From Guillardia theta CCMP2712 (taxonomy: Eukaryota; Protista; Cryptophyta), in contig NW_005434655.1 of assembly GCF_000315625.1 (NCBI RefSeq), forward strand, positions 342,393 to 406,392: a stretch of DNA of 64,000 nt, given 5' to 3'. Of this stretch, positions 1 to 12,584 are shown piece after piece (position 1 is the stretch's first letter; each line of letters opens with the position of its first letter). The translations under genes and the position numbers were made by a program. A model generated the notes under the pieces. That model saw only the letters and a program-made list of their open reading frames with translations, had not been told where the DNA came from and did no database searches.

Positions 1-37
1 AAGACTTTCCTCCTCCTCCACCCCCATCTCCTCCTCC

Positions 38-59
38 TCATCATCATCATCATCAACAA

Positions 60-92
<33 letters not shown>

Positions 93-110
93 TATCATCA
101 TCATCGTCGA
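38..110. repeat. (ATC)n/(ATCGTC)n microsatellite in a PDS intron
   Basis: Visible tandem tri- and hexanucleotide units. Confidence 0.8.
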
Positions 111-118
111 TTGTCTCA

Positions 119-1729
<1,611 letters not shown>

Positions 1730-2523
1730 GTCCAACTCCTTGACGATCAGCTCCTGCCATACGGAATCACTCACAACACATCAAGAGGGCCCCCCTTCTC
1801 TTTGCAGATACATCCCTCCTCGCTCCCAGCTCTATCTGTCGTTCCTTCGTCCCCCGCCCCTCTCCCTCTTCACCATAACATGCCAGATGATCTGAGTAGA
1901 GGGAAAGATGCTTCTACACATGTCGCTATAGCTTTTTCTGTGAATCTCTCTCATGTCTCTCTTGCTGCGCTGAAGATCCCCTCTCCTGACTCCCTGCGAC
2001 CTCGATCTCATGCCGTTGGCACGCTTGTTTCATTCGCGTCTTGTATCCTGACATCATCAGCCTACCACATCCTCTTCGAAACGTAAGTTCCTTCCTCTCC
2101 TTCCATCTCTCTCCTCTCCTCTCCTCCTCCTCCCTCCTCTCCTCTACCACCCTCCCCTCTCCCTCCCGCATTGTCTAATAGGAGGCCGCGCCCTTAAGCC
2201 TAGAGCGCCCCTCGTCCCCTCTCATAAAACCCCTGGGTCCCCCTCATCACGGGGGAGGAACTCCAAATAAAAGGGTCTAGTACCGGTATTTTTGTATGAT
2301 ATTTTGGGGGTACCTTTTCAGGAGGGGTGGGTGAGTTTGCAGGAAATCGCAATGGCAGCAAGGCGGCGACCAGGTTTAAGGATGATTAATTCAGCCTGTG
2401 CAATGATGACAATCGTGAAACCACCATAGCCTATCAGGAAATTGTAAAATCTATATCATGGTATCAATCATTTGAATTGCATCGTAGCAGTGTTTAATAT
2501 TTTCCACAATACGTACTTTTTTT

Positions 2524-3753
2524 CTACTTGCAGCCAGCAATGCTACGCAATCCCCGGAAACGTTGCATATTACCTGTTAATCCTTCATCCCATTGCCCTG
2601 ATTTAGCATATACTCGCTTTCGATTGTTCTTCTGCGTACTATTGTGTGGCTCCACATCATTATCAGATCCATCCCGTGCATTGAAAGCTTCACGGTCGTG
2701 CGGTTTGCTCAGGACAATTCGCTTCTTCGAATGCTCGTATACAAAAGGCAGGTTTGGATCCACCTTTTTAGATAATTCTATGCATGCCTGATTGAATTTT
2801 CTCAGAAAATCCTTCTTGTTCAGATGGCCGATCAACGACCACAGATTCTCTACACTATCCGTGCAGAGAGTTCGTGAATTGAAGTCATAGTCTCTATCAC
2901 CCAGCGCATGATTCTTATCCCTCACATACTGTTGTACTTGCAGATGAGTATCAATTGCAACTATGAAGCCTTCAAATGTTACAGATGATAGTCCCTTGAC
3001 ATGTTTTTGGCTGACACTGGTCCAGTCGATGCCTTCCAATAGCCATCTTCGACCCTCTTGAACGAGACGTATCCTCTCTGAAACTTTCAGCCCTCTTTCA
3101 TCGAATGCTTTGTGCAGGCCAGACATAGCCTCTGCCATTCTTGCTGTCGCTTCATGTCCTTCTGCCTTTAGTAGACTGATGGCCTTGTCACTGAACATCT
3201 TCAGCATGATATCCACCGATTGTGGATCGGCGGTCCCGTCGACTTCCATCTGAGTCATCCAAGCAGGATTCTTCTTGGCGATATCACTGTAAGCTTTATG
3301 CCATATCTGGGCTTCCGTAGAAGACGATTGAGACTTCCCTGATCCAATGGAATGCCTGACATTCTTCAACAAGTGATTGATGCACGGCGAGAAAAACAAC
3401 AACTTGTTCGTAATTGGAGAGAGGACGGGATTGGATAACCATTCGTCGAATTTAAAGCGGATCTTGTGTTCATCAAAGTCATTTAGTCCATCAGCTATTC
3501 TTCGCTCCATCTCCCAAGGAGTGAATGTTTCCCCCCCCTCTTCATTGTGCTTGGCCAATGAAAGAACTTCTTCATATCCGTACCGTCTGCAAAATATTTG
3601 AAACCTGCAAAACATCTCTTTCAGGGTCGCTCTGGGCCTCTTCCTCGTGTGGCATCGTAGCGTCTTCTCCTTCTGAACTTGCCATATGGCCTGGTTCTGT
3701 CGTAACTGCAAAACAAACTGTTTAATTTCTCTCATCTCAGCAACACACACCAT
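2524..3753 (-). mobile_element. P-element/THAP9-like DDE transposase ORF (probably partial or domesticated)
   Basis: Intronless 409-aa ORF. CINHLLKNVR matches the C/DxxH motif, QSVDIMLKMFS resembles MKVxxAxQxFS, and LCTDSVENLWSLI resembles L(N/S)QDxxENFFS carrying the catalytic E. No flanking TIRs seen. Confidence 0.6.
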
Positions 3754-4130
3754 GCCACTTTCGAATGCTGGTCATTTCTCGTCGTCTGTGGCATGATGAG
3801 CATATTTTCTTCGCTGGAGGCCTCGGCCTGCCCATGGTGTGGGACAACATAGCTTTGCCCGCCAAAAATTTGATTTGAATTTTCTCGTGACACCCTGCCA
3901 TGGCATGCAGCACCCCCTAAATCCCCCGCCATAGTGCCCCGAACGCTCTGCATGGAGGCGCGATGAGGAAAGGAGGGGGGGTATTTAACTAAATATTTGT
4001 ACCAGTTAATTCCCACACTAGGGGTTGGCCCGTCTGTCAGATCGAATATAGCAGTTCCACCCACCCCCTCATCTCCTCCAATTTTTTCAGCGGATTTTCA
4101 GCCTGGTCGCTGTACGAAGTAGAGAAGGCG

Positions 4131-6855
4131 ATGGCGGGGGCGATGGCGGGGGCGATGGCGGGGGCGATAGAGAGAGTATTCCTAGTCGCCATGATCTCCC
4201 CTCTCATGCTCTCCTCCTCGCCCTCCGCTATCTCTCTGGCAGGACCTCTGGCTCCTCGTATGCCATCGCCTCTTCATCATCTCAGATCGGAGAGGATGTG
4301 CCTGCGAGGAGGGAGCGACAGGCAAGCGGAGACAGCCTCCCTGAACGCGACAGAGGTAGCGAGGCAGAGAGAACTGCGAAAGAAGGCGAAGCAGGAGGAG
4401 AAGGCTCAGAAGAAGCTCATGAAGCAGATGGACAAGAACGAGTCCGAGGCCCATCGATTTCCCACAGACATCCCAATGTTCTGCGACAATCAACCTTGTC
4501 CGGAGCTCTTCGGAGAGATGGAGATGGTGAAGTCACAGAGCGCATGTACAAGGAGGTATCTCTCTTCTTCCGAGCTCGACGGGCTGCCGGAAGGGGAGAG
4601 CTTCTGGATCAGAGCGAGAGTCCAACAATCGCGAGTGAAGGGAAACACAGTCTTCCTGGTGCTGCGGCTGCAGGGCGTCACGGTGCAAGCGGCTCTGTTC
4701 AAGAGCGACAGCGTGACCAAGGACATGATCCGCTTCTGTGGCTCCATCCCTCGAGAGTCGGTCGTAGACGTCCAGGGAGGGAAAGTGGCGGCGACTGTCA
4801 CTTCGTGCAAGGTCACCACGTACGAGGTTCACGTTCAACGGATCTACTGCGTGAGTCGAGCGGCTCCTGCTCTTCCTCTCCTCCTCGAGGATGCTGCACG
4901 ACCGTCAGAGGCGAGGGACAACGTGAGCGTCGAGCAGCGGGCAGACGCTGACTCAGAGCAGCGGGAGGTGGTTGTGAACCTGGAGACTCGGCTGAACGAG
5001 CGGGTGCTGGACTTGAGAAGCCCTTCACACAACAGTATCATGAGGATTCAGTCGCACGTGGGTCAGGCCTTCAGGAACTTCTTGGCCGCAAGAGGCTTCG
5101 TCGAGATCCACACGCCGAAGCTGCAAGGAGGAAGCAGCTGCGAGGGAGGGGCCGCAGTGTTCCCGCTGGACTACTTTGGCAGGTGAACTCTGTCTCTCCT
5201 CCTCATCCCGCCACGTCGACTGAGCGCGAGTGAGCAGCAAGGCCTGGCTCGCGCAGTCGCCGCAGCTCCACAAGCAGATGGCTGTCATGAGCGGCTTCGA
5301 GAGGGTGATGGAGGTTGGGCCCGTCTTCCGCGCCGAGTCCTCGCACACCTCAAGGTAACGACTGTCCCTCCTCCCTGCCCTTCTGACGACCTCAGGCACC
5401 TGTGCGAGTTTGTCGGCCTTGACTTTGAGATGGAAATCTCCGAGAGCTATGCTGAGGTGGGAGCTCGCGGACACGTCCAGCAGAGCTGATGGTGCTTGAC
5501 AGGCGATGGACATCGTTGAAGGTTTTGTGGTGACATTGCTGGAGGAGCTCTACCATTCGCAGGTCGGTGACATACCTTCTCATGCTCCCCTCCTGCACAA
5601 ACTGGATCTCAATTCCTCCTCCTTCCTTCCCTGCTTCACCCTCCCCCAGCCACTTCCCTTGCTATCAACCTGCCTTGTTGTCGCCAGTCGTCCTCCCTCC
5701 CGTTGAGCAAGCTGAGATCCTTCCTGTAGCCTCTCAGCTCCCACGTCGATGAGGTCGCGAAGCAGTATCCCTGCAAGAGGCTTCGCTGCAGGCACGTGAA
5801 CTTCTCCTCCTCCTCCCCTCTCGCTCATCCTGCGCCAGGCGAGCGGGAGACAACCTGAGGCTCTCCTACAAGGAGGCCGTGGACTTGCTCAACGATCGAG
5901 GGTGCACTAACGAGGATGGATCCAAGGTGAGACTTGTCGGGAGCCTGCAGCAGGCAGAACCTGTCCTCTGCTGTGACTCGGTCGGAGACTCTTGTGACCT
6001 CCGGGGTCAACAGATCCGGCACGATCAGGACCTGAGCACTCAGCTGGAGCGCCTGCTGGGGGAGATCGTCGCGGAGAAGCATGAGACGGACTTCTTCTTC
6101 ATCACTGACTTCCCTTCCGGTCCTCCCCCGCGGCTCTCCTCCTGCTCCTGCTCTTGCTGCTAGTCCTTCTCCTCTCCTCCTCCCTTCTCTTCCTCCTCCT
6201 TCCCTGCTCCCTAAATTGCTGCCCTTTGTTCTCACTTTTCCTCCATCACTGTCCTGCATTTGAGACTTGAGACGGCAGGCGTAAGGCCCTTCTACTCGAT
6301 GCCCTCCTCCTCCGACCCCTCCTCCTCCAACTCCTTCGACGCTTATCTCCGAGGACAAGTCAGCGCACTGCAGGCTCTTCCCTCTCCTCACGCTCCTCCA
6401 GGAAATCTGCAGCGGAGCGCAAAGAATCCATGACAGCTCCCTCCTTGTCGAGTCGCTCAAATCCCGGGGGATCGACCCATCGAGCATGCAGGTCAAAGGA
6501 GAGAGGGAGGAAGAGAGAGGGGGGTGGGGTATCACAGGAGAGGGAAATTAGGAGGAAACTAGGGAGGGGGGGTGGGGGGTACAGTGAACCTCCCCTGCCC
6601 TGCCCTGCCCTTGGGCTCTTCCCTCTTTGTCGCTCTTCTCTCCTCGTTGACGCTACCTCACGCAGCCCTACATCAATTCCTTCAAGTACGGCGGCTCCCC
6701 GCATGCTGGCGCCGGGCTCGGGTTGGAGCGACTGACCATGACGATCCTGGGGCTCGACAACATCCGACTTGCGTCCATGTGAGGATGAGCTGATGTCGGC
6801 GTTTGTGACGAGCTGCCGCAGGTTTCCCCGCGACCCCAAGCGACTTTCTCCCTGA
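4131..6855 (+). CDS. DARS1: Aspartyl-tRNA synthetase, eukaryotic type, with N-terminal extension; multi-exon
   Basis: OB-fold anticodon domain, [20 protein letters not shown] (motif 1), [21 protein letters not shown] (motif 2), [11 protein letters not shown] (motif 3), ends [10 protein letters not shown]. First intron 5183-5237. Confidence 0.93.
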
Positions 6856-7079
6856 GCTTCTCCTCCTATCGTCTCATCTTCCTTAGTACGCTGACTGCAC
6901 CATGTTCCTCCTCCTCCTCCTACCCTCTCTTTCCCCCTCGCTATCAGCCCATGGCCTCGTCTTGAGTCATCAGTCCGGCTGATCTCACTAGAATCTCGGT
7001 GCTTTAATGATACAAACGAACACATCAGAAGGACAGTAGCTAAGCGGCTTGCTTGCGCGTTAACTTGACGATGCCGCCA

Positions 7080-8905
7080 TCACCGTGAGGAGACGGGGAG
7101 GAAGTCGCCATGGTTGCTGAGGAGGAAGAGGAGCGAGCCGATCTGAGCTCCAGCTCCTGCCTTGAGCATGGAGACCACGAGCGGCGTCCTGAGCTCTGAG
7201 TAAGGATTCGCCTCCTCTGAGCTGTAGAGGAACGCGGCGCAGAAGAGGAGGAACGTGCAGCACTTGATCGCCTCCACCCTGACGCCTTTCATCCCCTCGG
7301 CATCCAGCAGCAGCCCCTGGCAGTAGAGCGAGGACAGCACGCAACCCCCGAGGAGGAGCCTGACGGGGTAGGGAGTGGAGGAGAAGAGCAGGACCACAAA
7401 GCCTGCTAGCACTGCGATGAGGAAGTGAACCAAGACGTAGGCCTTGCCGGCTGCCGGCAAGTCCGACCGCTTCCTGATCCTCTGAGCGCTGGAGGAGGGA
7501 GGCAGGAGCGCGCGAGTTGCGGTCACTGTGCTGAAGCCTGGGCCCACCAGTGCCGCGCGAAAGACGCCAGTGAAGCCTCGGAAGTGACGGATGGAGTCGA
7601 AGATGGGCTGCCAGAACTGGAGCTGCAGCACCACGTCCGTCCACGACCTGACCTTGGCGGCTGTACCGAAGAGCATGACCTCCTCCTGGGGGAGGCGCTC
7701 TGAGGAAGGAGAAGCGTCGAGATGCTTGAGCCCTTCGGTCTCGTCCAGGAAGGTGCCGAACAAGCGATCCCACACGATGAGGAAGCCGCCGAAGTTCTTG
7801 TGGACCCTCCGATCATGATGCACGCGGTGATGCGAAGGCGTCATGAAGAACCACTCCAACACCCCCAGCCTCCTGATCAGGCACGTGTGCACCCAGAACT
7901 GATAGGCCACGTTGGCCTGATCCAGCCCCGAGTAGAGGGCGGGATGGAGGAACAAGGCCATGGGGAAGTAGAAGACGCTGCCTATGAGGGTGGCCCACCA
8001 AGACTGCCGGAGGGCCGTGGACAGGTTGTAGTACTCCGAGGAATGATGGACCGAGTGGCCGGCCCAGATGATCTGGACCTGATGCGCCAGTCGATGAAAC
8101 CAGTAGTAGCAGAAGTCAGTGAAGACAAACCCAAACACCCAGACCCAAGGCTGTTCCACTGGGAACTGCAATGCACGTCACTCCTGCCAGGCCTCGAGCA
8201 AGAACTCACCATCCGAGCGAGGCCTGAAGGAAGACCGTAGTTGTAGTAAATGTAAGAGTAGGGCACAAGGCTCAACTTCAGCGGCGCCTTGATCTGAGAC
8301 GAAACAAGTTAACATGTGCACGAGCCTGTCAGACTCTATCGCATCGCACCAAGGCTACAGACATCTGTTGGGTGGTCCCTGCCGTCAATGACGACCAGGT
8401 GTCGGACATGTCGTATCGTCCTCCAACGCATTGCAAACCAGCAGCTACGGAGATCACCATCTCGGCGAGAATCATCGCAAGGAAGAGCCTTGAAATACAG
8501 AGGTGACAAACATGTTGCCGGAAGCAATGGAGTACGTGCTTACGGAATGCATGCTAGAATGTAGTCGGGCGATCCCGATGCCTTCACCACCTCGATGGCT
8601 CCTTCGAGCCCGCCATAAGCTGAAGCTACCGACTCGCTGGTACAAACTGGGCTGCCTTTTCCGTTTCCGCAAATTCTGCTGGTGAAGTACATCGGAGTGA
8701 TGTAGAACGCAAGGCTGAAAGATGTAACGACGATCGCGATGATCGACACGGAAGCCCATGGCGGCGGATCTACCTGCAGCAGAATGAGCATGCAACATCA
8801 TCCGGTCAAACAAGAGTTTACAGCTCGGAATTCCGCGCCTTTGCTAGAGCCCTTCTTCTCTGGTGCTCTCTGAGTGATGGTAACAGACCCGACGGTGCTT
8901 GACAT
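7080..8905 (-). CDS. AGMO: Alkylglycerol monooxygenase-like membrane fatty-acid hydroxylase/sterol desaturase
   Basis: His boxes DFCYYWFHRLAH, WAGHSVHHSSEYYNLSTALRQ, TPSHHRVHH, NFGGFLIVWDRLFGTF; several TM helices. Upstream exons joined via short introns; start inferred at 8905. Confidence 0.8.
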
Positions 8906-9515
8906 CCTGTTCAGATCATCATCAGCTCTCCATGTAGTTCCCCTCAATCTCATCTCGTTTGCTCTTCGTGTGCTTGCAGCTGCATCAAGCAGCCCGCCTG
9001 GCTCGCCTTGCGTTCCCTCGCCTGATGCATCTACTTGTTCTATTTCGACTTCTTCCCCTCTCCTTCTCCTCTCCCTTCCCCTATACTCTCCTCCCCTCCC
9101 TCCATTCCCCTCCCCGTCATGTTTGTTGCATTTATCCATTTTTGCCTTCAAAATTCTTTTAAAAGGGGGTAGTCCTCACCCCTATATCTCCCACTTTACT
9201 AGACTAGATAGGGTAGGGTAGTGTATATCGGAATTGGGGGCCAAGCGCATGGAGGGGTCCTTTTGATTCAAGGACTGTCACAGCCAGTCATAAGAGGGGT
9301 ACTTTCCAGTGGATCTCGGGGGTAGACATAAAACAGGCAAATGGGGTGGGGTAGTGAAGCTAAAAGGGCTTTTTAACTCTTGGCGGCAGAAGAGACACTC
9401 TCTTAGTTTTACTCAAAGTTAAGTTAAAAATCAGTACGAGGACAATAGTGGGGACATCAACACCGGCGGCGGCCTTACCGGGTCTTGTGCTGACTGTAAC
9501 GGGATGGGTAACGGG

Positions 9516-10322
9516 ATGATGGCGGAGGAGATGAGAAGCGGGAGTGGGAGAGGAGATGCGGTCATGATACGATACGATCATGGCATCGGCCGGCATATGC
9601 GGTCACAGGGAGTGAGGAAGAGAAATGAAACTCGGAGGCTGCCGTGGAGCATACATACATACATGAACGCATCACTTGTTGTCTGCTGCATGCTTCCTCC
9701 AACTTCGCCTCTTGCGCGTCACTCAGTCTGCTTGTAGGTTGGAGGAGAGATGTTCACCCCTCCCATCGGTAGCAGCAAACATGACGGCGATGACATAGCA
9801 CGCCTGCGCGACGAATTGATGACACGGTAGAGGACAATGCGTGAAGCATTTCTTGGAATATGATTCATGTGCAGCCGCAACATGCTAGAGCAACAGCAAA
9901 AGAAGGATACCAGAACGCCGCATCTTGGATTGCTGGCACAAGAAGAGATGTACGAGATTAGGTGTGAAGTGAGCTTTGAATAGCTATCAGACGTCTGACA
10001 CGTTGGAAGACAAACAGGCGGGGGCAAGCATGGTGAGTTGACATCTGTTCAGGAGCATGAATACACAAGGCTGCAGGTATTGAACCCGGATCTCAACAAA
10101 GGGATGGCTGACAACAGACAGGATGTCATGTCGAGGTTCAAAGTGATCTACAACGAAGAGAGCAGCCGGCTCAAGGACGCTCTGAGAAGGTTCTTGGAGA
10201 GCAACAGCACCCTGGAGAAGGTGGAGCAAGCCCGTCGCTCCTCCGTATCGCTCATGTTGTTGCAGGCCCTCAAGGAATGTGTGGAATGCGAAGAAGCCCT
10301 GCTGGCATCGGAGTCTTTGTGA
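9516..10322 (+). CDS. Hypothetical multi-exon protein
   Basis: Short exons bounded by GT/AG and a helical last exon (10072-10322). No motif recognised. Confidence 0.4.
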
Positions 10323-10350
10323 ACGGAATAGCGAGAAGAGGGTGGTTTGT

Positions 10351-12287
10351 TTATTTCTGTAAATGATACACGCAATCATGTACTGCCTTGCTCCTGTAAT
10401 CCTCCCACATCATGTTCCGTCTGAGGTCTTCTCGAATGTCGTCGTCATCGAACAAGTATTCCATGTCGTCACATAGCTGGTCGCTCGATCAGGTTTTGCT
10501 CAGGTGTCTCAGTGATATACCTCTTTCAATCGCTCTGACAACCCTCCCTCCACAAGCTTGAGAAACGACGATCTTGAAAGCACCAGCAACTCGCTTTCAT
10601 ACTGCCACACGTGTAAATCGAACAAGAGGAGGATAAGAGGAGCAGATTTGATGGTATGTAGATCGAGTGTTACCGATGCGACGACAGTAGCTGACCTTCG
10701 CTTCTTGTGGATCATCGACCATTCCCCGAAGAAGTCTCCCTGGGGACGAGCTCAACAGAGAGAGGAGCGTGTGTCGGTACAGTACCCTCAGCAGCTGCCG
10801 AAGTTCGACATGCCTTGTCGCTCTCCTGTACTTCTATCCCAATTGTGAGCGACTGCATGCTGAGATGTCGACAACCTCAAGGGACGTCGGACTCGCAGGC
10901 ATCCTTAGCTCCGTCCTCGCCCCTCCTTCCCTCCTGCTCAAACCCGCGGGCGCTTGACTGCTGCTCCTGTCCGGTCTCTCCGTCACGTAAGGCAACCCTT
11001 TCCTTGCCCTCACCGCTTGATCCCCATAGACCCGTCGCTTCTCCTCGCGTGCTCGTTTTCCTCCATCCCCTTCGCTCTTGCCTGGAGGACACACCCTTGA
11101 TTGTCATGCACATGGACGCGGGTCTCACGTTGCTCGGGCTGGACATGCTGCTGCGCGGAGGATCCTCCTTGCTTATCCTCTTGATCACTCGGCACTGAGA
11201 GCAGCGACGTCATGTTGTCAGCACCCGCTGGAGGAGACTTACCATCCCTCGGAGGATGAGGAAGAACTCGGACGGAGAGTCTCCTTCTCTCACAACAACC
11301 TCACCAGCCTTGCAGTGTCGGACCTGCTAAGAAGTAAGGAGGAAGCAGAGGCAAGCAGCTGGTTCCTTGGTCGCATCGACAAGTCTCTGAAGCTGTTCCT
11401 CTTCGACCTTCTCAAACAACTTGGTGGATCTGAGGAAGGAGGAGTATTCCTTGACCTGCACGGGTGCAGTCAGAAGAAGCGGAAGCTTCCAAGAGCTTCA
11501 CACCAGGTCCGAGCAGCAGGAGCGATAGAGTTCCCTCGATATCCTTACCACCCCTGACCCACCAGCCTCAACGCGAGCACAAGGGAGGAGTCAAGGAACC
11601 GCTCTGATCGTGAAAGACTTGAACCTCTGAAGGTGATGCCTGACCATCGTCTGACTGCAGGCTCCCGTACGCGTCGCCCGGGAGGAGGAGATGTTGCTCG
11701 GCCTCTTGTTCGCCTCCTTTTCCTCTGCATTCCACTCGCACTGAGCCATAGACAATGATGTCGAGGAAATCACAAGCCTCGTCCTGCAGGTCTATCAAGA
11801 CATGTTTGATTCCTGTAGGACTTACCTTGTTAAGAAGAAATTCATCTTTCCTCAGGTTGTGATAGAATGTACATTTCTGCAACAGCTGAGAGCATGTCAC
11901 AATAAGCTTCAGATTGGCTTTTGCTCTACTTTGAACCAGAGAGCTTGGTTTTGATCTTTGTCTTGCAATGAAGAATAGAACTGAAAGCCTTCGACTTGCT
12001 GCACAAGTGCCTGCAGCTAAAACGACATTCAGAAGCAAGCAGCTCATGCTCACTAGCACTTTTCTCTTGTCTCGCAGATGCCATTCCGGCGTGAGCGATT
12101 GACAGAAGGCCTTGTTGATGTCGTCTGCTAGTGAATCCTGCTCGCGTTTTTCCAAGAGAGCGTCGATCTCATGGTAGAGGGAACGGATGGAGCAAGTGTC
12201 TTGACTCTCCTTGTCTTGCTCCTCATCTGCTGCATTGTGAACACACTCCCTTGAGCCCGAGCCCTCACTCTGTGATCTCCGTCGCAT
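10351..12287 (-). CDS. Cyclic-nucleotide-binding (cNMP) domain protein, multi-exon
   Basis: QDEACDFLDIIVYGSVRV...LLPGDAYG, and a second domain GDFFGEWSMIHKKRRSATVVA matching the phosphate-binding cassette FGE...R.ATV. Confidence 0.7.
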
Positions 12288-12584
12288 GCCACCGCGCGAG
12301 CTCACGGGGAGGAAGGGGATGAAGGGGAGGATGGGGAGGAAAGGGAGGAGAAGAAAGGGGAGGGGGGGGAGGGGAGGAAGGGAAGGGGAGGAAGGGGAGG
12401 GTGAGACGGGGAGGGCCAGTCGGGCAGTGCGAGCAGGGGGGTAAAAAGGGGAGGCGGGGGCGGCAGTTGGCAGTAAATTGAGGGACCGGAGCCTGGAGGG
12501 AGGGCATGGCGTTGCTACCGGCAGGAGGAGCGGGAGGGAGGGGAGGGGAGGAGCGAATGTGAGCCAAGGAGAGAGCTAGAGGTT

